DNA of 64,000 bases from Mobula hypostoma (Eukaryota), in contig NC_086097.1 of assembly GCF_963921235.1 (NCBI RefSeq), forward strand, positions 159,714,001-159,778,000, read 5' to 3'. Under the pieces are notes generated by a model. It saw only the letters and a program-made list of their open reading frames with translations. It made no database searches and was not told the origin of the DNA. The translations under genes were made by a program, and so were the position numbers. Below, piece after piece: positions 23,446 to 34,310 of this stretch (position 1 is the stretch's first letter; each line of letters opens with the position of its first letter).

Positions 23446-25517
23446 TGACCCTAAATCAAGGAAGGTAGTGCACCCGTGGCTGACAAGAGAAATTAGGGAT
23501 AGTATCAATTCCAAAGAAGTAGCATACAAATTAGCCAGAGAAAGTGGCTCACCTGAGGACTGGGAGAAATTCAGAGTTCAGCAGAGGAGGACAAAGGGCT
23601 TAATTAGGAAGGGGAAAAAAGATTATGAGAGAAAACTGGCAGAGAACATAAAAACGGACTGTAAAAGCTTTTATAGATATGTAAAAAGGAAAAGACTGAT
23701 AAAGACAAATGTAGGTCCCCTGCAGACAGAAACAGGTGAATTGATTATGGGGAGCAAGGACATGGCAGACCAATTGAATAATTACTTTGGTTCTGTCTTC
23801 ACTAAGGAGGACATAAATAATCTTCCAGAAATAGTAAGGGACAGAGGGTCCAGTGAGATGGAGGAACTGAGTGAAATACATGTTAGTAGGGAAGTGGTGT
23901 TAGGTAAATTGAAGGGATTGAAGGCAGATAAATCCCCAGGGCCAGATGGTCTGCATCCCAGAGTGCTTAAGGAAGTAGCCCAAGAAATAGTGGATGCATT
24001 AGTGGTAATTTTTCAAAACTCGTTAGATTCTGGACTAGTTCCTGAGGATTGGAGGGTGGCTAATGTAACCCCACTTTTTAAAAAAGGAGGGAGAGAGAAA
24101 CCGGGGAATTATAGGCCGGTTAGCCTAACGTCGGTGGTGGGGAAACTGCTGGAGTCAGTTATCAAGGATGTGATAACAGCACATTTGGAAAGCGGTGAAA
24201 TGATCGGACAAAGTCAGCATGGATTTGTGAAAGGAAAATCATGTCTGACGAATCTCATAGAATTTTTTGAGGATGTAACTAGTAGAGTGGATAGGGGAGA
24301 ACCAGTGGATGTGGTATATTTGGATTTTCAAAAGGCTTTTGACAAGGTCCCACACAGGAGATTAGTGTGCAAACTTAAAGCACACGGTATTGGGGGTAAG
24401 GTATTGGTGTGGGTGGAGAATTGGTTAGCAGACAGGAAGCAAAGAGTGGGAATAAACGGGACCTTTTCAGAATGGCAGGCGGTGACTAGTGGGGTACCGC
24501 AAGGCTCAGTGCTGGGACCCCAGTTGTTTACAATATATATTAATGACTTGGATGAGGGAATTAAATGCAGCATCTCCAAGTTTGCGGATGACACAAAGCT
24601 GGGTGGCAGTGTTAGCAGTGAGGAGGATGCTAAGAGGATGCAGGGTGACTTGGATAGGTTGGGTGAGTGGGCAAACTCATGGCAGATGCAATTTAATGTG
24701 GATAAATGTGAAGTTATCCACTTTGGTGGCAAAAATAGGAAAACAGATTATTATCTGAATGGTGGCCGATTAGGAAAAGGGGAGGTGCAACGAGACCTGG
24801 GTGTCATTATACACCAGTCATTGAAAGTGGGCATGCAGGTACAGCAGGCGGTGAAAAAGGCGAACGGTATGCTGGCATTTATAGCGAGAGGATTCGAGTA
24901 CAGGAGCAGGGAGGTACTACTGCAGTTGTACAAGGCCTTGGTGAGACCACACCTGGAGTATTGTGTGCAGTTTTTGTCCCCTAATCTGAGGAAAGACATC
25001 CTTGCCATAGAGGGAGTACAAAGAAGGTTCACCAGATTGATTCCTGGGATGGCAGGTCTTTCATATGAAGAAAGACTGGATGAACTGGGCTTGTACTCGT
25101 TGGAATTTAGAAGATTGAGGGGGGATCTGATTGAAACGTATAAGATCCTAAAGGGATTGGACAGGCTAGATGCGGGAAGATTGTTCCCGATGTTGGGGAG
25201 GTCCAGAACGAGGGGTCACAGTTTGAGGATAGAGGGGAAGCCTTTTAGGACCGAGATTAGGAAAAACTTCTTCACACAGAGAGTGGTGAATCTGTGGAAT
25301 TCTCTGCCACAGCAAACTGTTGAGGCCGGTTCATTGGCTGTGTTTAAGAGGAAGTTAGATATGGCCCTTGTGGCTACAGGGGTCAGGGGGTATGGAGGGA
25401 AGGCTGGGGCAGGGTTCTGAGTTGGATGATCAGCCATGATCATAATAAATGGCGGTGCAGGCTCGAAGGGCCGAATGGCCTACTCCTGCACCTATTTTCT
25501 ATGTTTCTATGTTTCTA
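23446..25517 (+). mobile_element. Young 5'-truncated CR1 LINE
   Basis: Uninterrupted ORF2 frame, short 3' UTR, (tttctatg)n tail at about 25495-25517. Confidence 0.95.
23468..25420 (+). CDS. CR1 ORF2 reverse transcriptase, 650 aa open frame (APE domain and true start missing)
   Basis: KSPGPDGLHP, NYRPVSLTS, YLDFQKAFDKV, SGVPQGSVLGP, KFADDTKL, RPHLEYCVQF, FFTQRVVNLWNSLP. Confidence 0.93.
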   Translation: MHPWLTREIRDSINSKEVAYKLARESGSPEDWEKFRVQQRRTKGLIRKGKKDYERKLAENIKTDCKSFYRYVKRKRLIKTNVGPLQTETGELIMGSKDMADQLNNYFGSVFTKEDINNLPEIVRDRGSSEMEELSEIHVSREVVLGKLKGLKADKSPGPDGLHPRVLKEVAQEIVDALVVIFQNSLDSGLVPEDWRVANVTPLFKKGGREKPGNYRPVSLTSVVGKLLESVIKDVITAHLESGEMIGQSQHGFVKGKSCLTNLIEFFEDVTSRVDRGEPVDVVYLDFQKAFDKVPHRRLVCKLKAHGIGGKVLVWVENWLADRKQRVGINGTFSEWQAVTSGVPQGSVLGPQLFTIYINDLDEGIKCSISKFADDTKLGGSVSSEEDAKRMQGDLDRLGEWANSWQMQFNVDKCEVIHFGGKNRKTDYYLNGGRLGKGEVQRDLGVIIHQSLKVGMQVQQAVKKANGMLAFIARGFEYRSREVLLQLYKALVRPHLEYCVQFLSPNLRKDILAIEGVQRRFTRLIPGMAGLSYEERLDELGLYSLEFRRLRGDLIETYKILKGLDRLDAGRLFPMLGRSRTRGHSLRIEGKPFRTEIRKNFFTQRVVNLWNSLPQQTVEAGSLAVFKRKLDMALVATGVRGYGGKAGAGF

Positions 25518-26504
25518 CATTTGTTATCGTCTTAAAGACATCAGAGTAAATTCAACAATTTCACGTAGCCAATCTTTCCATTTCTGATATACAAATCACC
25601 AGCCTGAAACATAATTTTCTGTCTCCAAAGATGCTGTCCCACCTGGACAAGTATTCCAGAATTCAATATTTTTGTTTGAGATTTGCAGTGTTTGCTCCTT
25701 CAGTTTTATCTCACTACTCGAAAATTCTTCTTCTCCCCTCCCCCACCTCACTTCTCAGTTTTCAGTCACCACCTCCTATTCACATCTCCTCTCAAAAAAT
25801 CATCATTAACAAGCCTTCACCACACATGTCATTAACCCTTTCCTAGCTCTTACCCTATTACTATGTTCTTCCCCTCCTTCCCACTTTTCAGCAATTGAAA
25901 ACCTGCTTCTTTTCGAACTTCTCTCAGTCATGGTGAAAGTAATCTACTTCCTACGGGTAACTCGGTTTCTTCCCCATACAGATGCCAGCAGACCTACGGG
26001 CTATTTTCAGAACTGTCTGTTTTTTAAATTTCAGGTATCCATTTGTAAGAAATTAAAGGGACAGTTACGTTCCAGTTAGAATGCCAGTTAAGTTCACTGC
26101 ACCAGATGTATGCTGTTACCCACCTGTAAGTGTCCATATCCTCAGTCATCTACAAACAGAAACAAACTTGTTCCTTTAAGTATCAGATGGGCAGAGACTA
26201 GAAAATTAAAGAATGCCGCAATCAATTTTTGTCAACATGTTGGGAAAAATGTTAATCTGTTTCAATTGTTGATGGATTGTAAATCATTAGTCTCATTTAA
26301 ATGTGTGTGAATGCCCAAACTTAAAATGCCAGAACCCTTCAATTGTGATCATTTAATGTCTGGAATGGTGACAGAAGCAGCAGGCCATTTGTTAGCACTA
26401 ATGTTTCTCTGGAGTGAAGGATGCTGAGGGATGACCTTATGAAGGTTTATAAAGTCATATGGTGAATGGCCAGTCTTTTCCCAAGGGTGGGGAAACCTAT
26501 AACT

Positions 26505-26771
26505 TCTATTTATTTATTGAGATACAGTACAGGATAGGCACATTCATTCCTTTAAGCCGTGCCGCCCAGCAATCCCCAATTTAACCCTCGCCTATTCACG
26601 GGATAATTTACAATGACCAATTAGCCTATAATTGTGTCTTTGGACTGTGGCAAGAATCCTAATCGATCATAGGGAGAATGTACAACCTCCTTACAGACAA
26701 CAGCAGGAACTGAACTCAGGTCGCAGGTACTTCAAAGTGTTATGCTAACCATTATGCTACTGTGCTGCCCC
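26505..26771 (-). mobile_element. V-SINE/HE1-like SINE
   Basis: tttatttattgagatacag tail; tctttggactgtgg; tRNA-like head tgaactcagg...gctaaccattatgctactgtgctgccc. Confidence 0.75.
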
Positions 26772-27169
26772 AGACTAGAAACTAGAGGATATTAGTTTTC
26801 TCTAGCTGAACTGTGATACAAAAACATATCGCTCTTTCATTCTGACATTCTATTCAAATGCAACAGAGTATGAAGGAAACAATCCCACAACCATTATTTT
26901 GTCAATAGTGATCAATTAGATTAAAGCGCTGTAATCAAAAAGTCAAACACAATTTTCTATTTCAAATCTCGAAGTATTAACTTTACTAACGTGATAGGTT
27001 TAGGGGTAATTGATTTATTATCATCACAAGATGCAGTGAAAACCTTGTTTTACCTACCTTCCAGACAAATCATTGCAAACAGAAGTACATTAAGGTAGTA
27101 CAAAGAGAAAAATGCTGGATATAGGGTTATTGTTGCAGAGAAAGTGGAGTGCAGGCAGACAAGTAAGAT

Positions 27170-27420
27170 TTTATTGTTTATTTATTGAGATACAGAATGG
27201 AAAAGGCCCTTCCGGCCCTTTGAGCCACTCTGCCCAGCAACCTCCCAATTTAATCCCAGCCTAATCATGGGACAACTTACAATGACCAATAAACCTAGCA
27301 ACTTGGGCTATGGAGGTTACAGGGAATGTCTGAACTGTTTACAGGTAGAAGCGGGAATTGAACCCAGATCGCTGGTACTGTAAAACGTTGTGCTGAGCAC
27401 TGTGCTGCTGTTCTGCCCAC
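27170..27420 (-). mobile_element. V-SINE/HE1-like SINE
   Basis: Homologous to 26505-26771; gggaattgaaccc is a B-box on the minus strand. Confidence 0.75.
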
Positions 27421-27849
27421 AATGTAAATGCCCTGACCAGGAAGACTGAGAAATCAATCGTCTATCTTTATCATGTAAGAAGTCAGTGCAAGATTCTAGT
27501 CTCAGCAGGTTAGAATCTGACCTTCAGGCAGAGAGTGCATATTTTCAATCTTTTGGATCTTCTGCCTGTGGAAAGGGAGAGAATAACTGGGTGGGAGCTG
27601 GGGGCAGTCTTTGATTATGTTGGTCCCTATACTGAGGCATTAGGAAATGTAGACAGAGTGTAGGAGACTGGAGCTGATATGATGAAGAACTTCATGGTGA
27701 CTGCTATCGGAGCTGCCAAGCATAAGTCATTAAGGCATGTTTCCTTATTTTTCTTTGCAATCTTTGGATTGTGTAGAAACAATGGAATGTGCATAATTAG
27801 GCACTTGGCCAGGTCCAATAAAAAAGGTTAGGTATAAGGCAGGCAGACA

Positions 27850-30140
27850 TTTTTTTTGGGGGGAGGGGGTCAGTGTTAGAGTGGGGAGTTGAGGCTTTGG
27901 CTTATTGAGGCCTAGGAAGGGTGGAGGCCATAGGTAGAATCTTCTTGTTATTTATTCTTTCTTTCTTATCCCACATTTAGAACAGTAGGGGTGCCAGACA
28001 GATCAGTGGAACCCGCTTCATGCAGGCTATTGGAAGGCAGGGAGACCTCTAGTGTCCCTGATGACAACAACTGCAGGGGCTGCATCCAGCTGCAGTTTCT
28101 AAAAGACTGTGTTAAGGAATTGGAGCTGGAAATGGATGAACTCTGGATCATTCGGGAGGCTGAAGGGTTGACAGACAGGACATGCAAGGAGGTAGTTACA
28201 CTCAACGTGCAGAACCCAGGAAACTGAGTGACCGTCAGGACAGCAAAAGAGGATAGGGAGCCAGTTCAGAGAATCCCTATGGCCATTCCCCTCAATAACA
28301 GCTCTGGATTCCATTGGGGAAGGGATGACCTAGCAGAGGAAAGGCACAGTGACCTCTGACATGGAATCCGGCTCTGCAGCTCAGAAGAGAATTGGGGAGG
28401 AGACAAGCCACAGTGATAGGGGATTCTGTGGAAGAGAAAGAGATTCCCAGATGCTATGTTGCTTCCTGGGTGCCAGGGTCAAGGACATCTTGGATTGAGT
28501 TCACAGCATTCTTAAGTGGGAGGGCAAGTAGCCAGAGGTTGTGCCACATTGGTACCAATAACGTGGGTAGGAGGGGTGATAAGGTCCTTCAAAGTGAGTT
28601 CAGGCAGTTAGGTGCTAAGTTAAAGACAGGACCTCCAGGGAGGTGACCTTGGGATCACTACCCATGTCACATACTAGGGAGCCCAAAAATTGGAAGACCA
28701 TGCAGTTTTACAAATAGTTAAAGAGACGGTGCAAGAGGAAGGACTTCATATTTTTGGATCATTCCAGAGAAGTGAGACGTGTACAGGAGAGACAGTTTGC
28801 ACATGAACAGCAGAGGTCTAATATCCCAGCAGGAATGTTTGCAGGTGCTGCTCTGAGGGGTTTAGAGTTTCAAGGGGATGAGAACCAGTTTGCCAGAACA
28901 GTTAGTGGACAAAGACGTTATTAAGCCTACATACAAGTTAAGGAATCAAAAGGTTGAACATGGTGGGAATAATGTTCTAAGCTGCATATGTTTCAATGCA
29001 AGGAGTATTGTAGGAGCGACAGATGAGCTTAGGGCATGGATCAGCGCGTGCAATTATGACATTGTAGCCATTAGTTAGACTTGGAAGCAAGAGAGGCAGG
29101 ACTGTCAGTGCATGTTCCTGGGTTCTATTGTTTTAGACATGACAGAGCGAAAGAAACTAAAGGGGAAGTGGTGCCGTTATTATTCAGGAAAATATTATGG
29201 CAGTGCTCAGACAGGACAGACTAGAGAGTTAATCTCGGGAGGCTTTACTGGTAAAACTGAGGAATAAGAAGGGTAGGACCATGTTAATGGGATTATATTA
29301 TAGAACCCACATCAGTCCACAGGATTTGGAGGAGCAAATTTTCAGAGATATCACTGTTACAAGAAACATGATGTTGTGATAGTAGATGATTTTAACATTC
29401 CACATATTGACTGGGATTCCCATACTGTAAAAGGGCTGAATGGGAAAGATTTTGTCAAATGTGTTCAGGAAAGTTTCTTTAATCAGTAAATAGAAGTCCC
29501 AACTAGAGAGACTGTGATATTAGATCTTCTATTAGGGAATGAGACCCGGCAGGTGACAGAAGTTTGTGTAAGGGAACACTTTGCATCCAGTGATCATAAT
29601 GCCATTAATTTCAAGGCAATTTCGGAAAAGGATAAGACTGGGCCTCAAGTTGAGATTTTAAATTGGAAAAAGGCTAATTTTGATGCTATCAGAAAGTATC
29701 TGGTAAGTATGGATTGGGACAGGTTGTTTTCTGGCAAGGTTATACTTGGTAAGTGGAAGGCCTTCAAAAGTGAAATTTTGAGAATTCAGAGCTTGAATGT
29801 GCCTGTTAGAATAAAAAGCAAGGACAATAGGCTTAGGGAACCTTTGTGTTCAATGATATTGAAACCCTGGTTAAGAAAACAAAGGAGGTGGACAGCAAGT
29901 AGGAACAAATAAGGTACTTGAGGAGTATAAGAAATGTTAGAAAAAAAACTTAAGAAGAAAATCAGGAGGCCTAAAAGAAGACCTGAGGTTGCTCTTGCAG
30001 ACAAGATGAAGGAGAATCCTAAGGGTTTTTACAGATATATTAAGAGCAAAAGGATAGCAAGAGATAAAATTGGTCTTCTGGATAATCAGAGCGGTAATTA
30101 ATTTATGGAGTTGAAAGAGATGGGGGAGATCTTAAACTGA
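27850..30140 (+). pseudogene. Decayed CR1 5' half: ORF1 (zinc finger/coiled-coil, SGNH esterase) and ORF2 APE endonuclease
   Basis: CRGCIQLQFLKDCVKELELEMDELWIIRE; VIGDS and HIGTN; CFNARSI...YDIVAIS; ILDLLLGN...SSDHNAI. Confidence 0.88.
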
Positions 30141-30144
30141 TTAA

Positions 30145-31930
30145 TTGGAATCTGGTATGGTTGCGAAAGAGTGGAAAATTACAAATGTCACTCCACTCTT
30201 TAAGAAAGGAGGAAGGCAACAGAAAGGATATTATAGACCAGTCAGCCTGACCTCAGTGGCTGGGAAGATGTTAAGTCAATTGTTAAGGATGAGGTTATGG
30301 AGTACTTGGTGACACAGGACAAGATAGAACAAAGTCAGCATGGTTTCCTTAAGGGAATATCTTGCCTGACACACCTGTTAGAATCCTTTGAGGAGATTAT
30401 AAGTAGTATAGATAAAGGGATGTTGTGGATGTTGAATATTTGGATTTTCAGAAGACCTTTGACAAGGCGCCACACATGAGGCTGTTTACCAGGTTAAGAG
30501 CCCATGGTATTACAGGAAGGTTACTGACATGGTTAGAGCACTGGCTGATTGGTAGGAGGTAGTGAGTTGGAATAAAAGGATCCTTTTCTGGTTGGCTGCC
30601 AGTGACTAGTCATGTTCCACAAGAGTCAGTGTGGGGGCTCCTTTTTATCCTGTATCGCAATGATTTAAATGATGGAATAGATTGCATTTGTGCCAAGTTT
30701 AGAGATGATATGAAGATTGGTGGAGGGGTAGATTGTGTTGAGGGAACAGGAAGGCTGCAGAAGGACTCAAACAGATTAGGAGAATAGGCAAGAAAATGAA
30801 AAACAATGTTGGAAAATGTATGGCAATGCACTTTGGTAGAAGAAATAAGAGTGCAGACTATTTTCTAAATTGGGAGAATATCCAAAAGCCTAAAGGTAAT
30901 ATATATATATCCTAATATTCAAAGGGACTTGGCAGTCCTTGTGCAGGACCCCTAAAGGTTAACTTGCTGGTAGAGTGGGTGGTGAGGAAGGCAAATGCCA
31001 TGTTAGTGATCATTTCAAGAGGTCTAGAATACAGGAACAGGGATGTGATGCTGAGGCTCTATAAGGCACTGGTGAGGTGTCACCTTGAGTATTGTGAACA
31101 GTTTTAGGCTCTTTATCTAAGAAAAGATGTGCTGGCCTTGTAGAGAGTTCAGTGGAGGTTCACAAGAATGCTTCCAGAAATTAAAGGGTTATCATATGAG
31201 GAACATTTGATGGCTCTAAGCCTGTACTTGTTGGAATTTTGAAGGATGGGGGGGGGATCTCATTGAAACCTATCAAATGTTGTAAGGTCTAGACAGGGTA
31301 GATGTGGAAAGGATGTTTCCCATGGTGGGGGAGTTGAAGTCAAGAGGGCACAGCCTTTGGATAGAGGGAAATTCATTTAAAACAGATGTGGAGAAATTTC
31401 TTCAAGTCAAATCAAGTCGCTTTTATTGTCATTTCAACCATAACTGCTGGTACAGTACACAGTAAAAACGAAACAACAATCCTCCAGGACCATGGTGCTA
31501 CATGAAACAACACAAAACTACACTAGACTATGTGAAACAACACAAAACTACATTAGACTTCAGGCCTACACGGGACTACATCAAGTGCACAAAACAGTGC
31601 AAGACAGTACAATAATTAATAAACATGACAATAGGCACAGTGAAGGACAAATTACAATATAATAATAAATGATGTAAATGTAAACACTGTAAACCTTTTG
31701 CCAGAGGTTGGTGAATTTGTGGGATTTGTTACCACAAGCAGTTGTGGGCCAGTTGTTAGGTGTATTTAAGGTAGAGATTGATAAATTCTTGATTGACCAT
31801 GGCATCAAGGGTTATAGGGAGAAGGCCAGGGAGTGGAGCTGAGGAGGGAAAAAAGGATCAGCTATGATTGAATGGCAGAGCAGACTCGATGGGCCAAATG
31901 CCCTAATTCTGCTCCTGTGTCTTCTGGTCA
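30145..31930 (+). mobile_element. Decayed CR1 ORF2 RT and 3' end
   Basis: QSQHGFLKGISCLT, VPQESVWG...AKFRDDMKIGG, 3' UTR ending ctaattctgctcctgtgtcttctggtc. Confidence 0.85.
31402..31695 (-). mobile_element. Short retroelement 3' tail (Rex1-like) inserted in the CR1
   Basis: caagtcaaatcaagtcgcttttattg tail; internal direct repeat tgaaacaacacaaaactaca(c/t)tagact x2; splits CR1 aatttctt|..gccagagg. Confidence 0.6.
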
Positions 31931-32559
31931 TACGAAAATTACCCAACATTGCGGGAAGGCTAAAACTGTGAAAGAAGTGATTTAGTGTAGAGAAATGTGA
32001 GGTCATCTACATCAGTCAGATTGTCAAATAAGAGCTTATGTGTGAGCATGAAAAATAATGATGACTACTGTAATATTGATGCTTCAATATTAGACTCCTT
32101 AATACTCTTTCAAGGCGATCGAGATCTAAATGGAAGTGGTGTTCAATTGGACTGAGCTTTGATAAGATCACCTCTGGACTACTGTATGTCCATTTAATTA
32201 AGCTAAATAAAAATTAAGTGGTTTCTATAATGCAGAGCTTATCCACATCAAAATGTCTATGGCTATGGATTGAGTTGAGCAGGTATTCAACCAGCTAAAT
32301 CTCCTAAAGGAGAGTACAATCAGGTACATAATCTCCTATTAAACAAAGAAAAAGAAAGGTTTAAAAAAATCATGTAAACATGATACAGTTTAGCAGCAGA
32401 TTAGTAAACTGTCTTACTTTTTCAGAATGTGTGTGGTTTTGGTAAAGTTTAATTTTCAATGCAAATAAAGTTAAGTTACTGCTACTAATTGTGCTCCATT
32501 ATCTTCAGTAAGTGTATTCATTGGCTAGTACCAAAACAAGAAGCAAGTATGCTCTAAGG

Positions 32560-32626
32560 GAGTGGTTCCCAACCTTCTTTATACCGTGGACCATTAACCA
32601 AGGGGTCCCCAGGTTGGGAATCACTG
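32560..32626. mobile_element. 67-bp hAT (Charlie-like) MITE
   Basis: TIRs gagtggttcccaacct / aggttgggaatcactg; perfect 8-bp TSD ctctaagg (32552-32559, 32627-32634). Confidence 0.9.
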
Positions 32627-32659
32627 CTCTAAGGAGAAACTCCAGATGCCCAGAGTAGA

Positions 32660-34310
32660 AATATTAGCTGCAGAAATCTACAACAAACATTTATTTTTGA
32701 GTGAAAACAAGCAGTGGGAAAACTCAACTGGTCAAACAGCATCTGTAGAAGCAAAGGGATAGTTAATGTTTCATGTTGAGGTCCTGCATCAGACTGAGAG
32801 TGTAGAGAGAAGATAACCAGGATATAGAAGTGAGAGAATGATGAGGCAGACACAAGTAGTCAATAGCAGATGGAGTGAGGGAATATGGGCAGATAGAATG
32901 AGGTAGGAAATGAGAACCAAGTGTAACCGAGTGACCGTCGGATCTTATTCAGTATTGTTAAAAGTGTACTTAGGCATCCATCTGGGTAATGATAGAACAG
33001 TTGTCTGTGCCTTTAAGGGAGATGGTGATGTCATTACGCACACGCGGGATAGTGGGGATACCACTTTGCTTCTGCTGAAGATGTGGTAGGGCATTGGAAT
33101 TGGTTCCTCCCGAGGCTGGGCATGGTGAGGAAAGGTGAGCATTAACTGGCAATATCCATGTGAATTTGTTTATTCTTGTTGGCGGATCGAGAATGTCGGT
33201 AATTTGACATGTTTTACATGTGGATGCTTTAGATTTCCACAAGTAAAGAAATCAATGCTGGGTAGCACGGCTTATACCAAGTTCCTCAGCATCCAAATAG
33301 GTCAGTCTTCTTGTAATTTAACTACCAAGCAATACCTTGTAAAAGTTGTGCCAAAATGTACCTTTTGTCTAACTTTATTGTATCCGGACTGATTGTGCAT
33401 GTAACCACGTAACATGAATGTTTAGTCTCTGTTCGGAAGTTCAGCACGTGTGTACGTCTTACATGAGATGTATTCACTTACATTTTTCACTGTTATGTAT
33501 AAAATGCAGGGTGGGTGGGATTCTAATGTTGTTTGTATTGTGTTCCTTCAGGATTGCCACTACCGTATTTGTACTGGTATTGGTTCTAGTATTTTTATAT
33601 TGCATACGCAATTCTGTCCATACACAAGGGTGTGAATCAGAAGTTAAGCTGAGATTGTAATGGCAAGAACTGGTTGTAAATTCACTCGTTTTGTTTCGCG
33701 ACCCTCGTCGGGCACTTTACACATAAAAAACCGATAAAGGAATTAAAACCCAAAAAAGTCTTTGTTGTCCTGAGTGTGTACTTTTCCCCAGGCTACACAA
33801 ATAAGTAAGAAATTCAGGTGGATAGATATGTAGCTGATAAGCAGGTGGAACTTGGTGGAGGTGAATCTTGGTAGTGGAATGGTGGGGTTGGGTTGAGAAG
33901 CGAGAGTTGGAAAAGATGAAAAACGAAAGAGAATGAGAGTGGACTGGTGAGAGTAGGAAAGAAATACAGGAGGTATGGGATACCAAAGATTGGAAAATAC
34001 GATGTTAGTACCACTGGATTGATGACTACCAAAGCTAAACATAAGGTGTTGTTCTTCGAGCTTGCATTCAGCCTCTCTGTGGCAGTGAAGAAGGCCATGG
34101 ACAGACAAGTTGGTGTAGGACTGACAAGGGGAGCTGAAGTAGCATGTAATCAGAAACCCAAGATGGTTGTTGTGGATAAGAGCACAATTGCCTAGACTAT
34201 GCTTGGTCTTACCTATGTAGAGGACACCACACCATAAGCACCAAATGCAACAGACCAGTCCAGGTTGGAGTCTCTGCCTCAGGAATTCCTGTCTCACTTA
34301 AAAGGGCTAG
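32660..34310 (-). pseudogene. Old Penelope-like 3' remnant (GIY-YIG, purine-rich UTR, degenerate hammerhead) split by a putative solo LTR
   Basis: ORF 33743-34297 GLVCCIWCLWCGVLYIGKTKHSLG...KLEEQHLMFSFGS; minus-strand agtCTGATGcaggacctcaacatGAAAcattaact at 32761-32795. Confidence 0.8.
32922..33797 (+). mobile_element. Putative solo LTR, 876 bp
   Basis: tgtaacc...ggctaca termini, ATTAAA near 33742, imperfect 4-bp TSD caag/caaa, CpG-richer than flanks, interrupts a Penelope-like UTR. Confidence 0.65.

Larger units (their letters stand above)
23295..25700 (+). mobile_element. Old Penelope-like 3' remnant split by the young CR1
   Basis: 23295-23445 reads like GIY-YIG C-terminus (DCFLEHLHS...CHFNSS); 25518-25700 continues with aaattcaacaatttc and the cctgaaac...agatgctg tail. 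Confidence 0.55.

Noticed and set aside
23600..25443. Minus-strand ORFs within the CR1
   Set aside because: Antisense shadows of ORF2
26700..26771. tRNA-like A/B boxes (also about 27350 and 63155)
   Set aside because: Heads of tRNA-derived SINEs; no cloverleaf structure
31500..31560. 27-bp direct repeat pair, CRISPR-like at first glance
   Set aside because: Only two copies, no spacers or cas genes, inside a retroelement tail in a eukaryotic context
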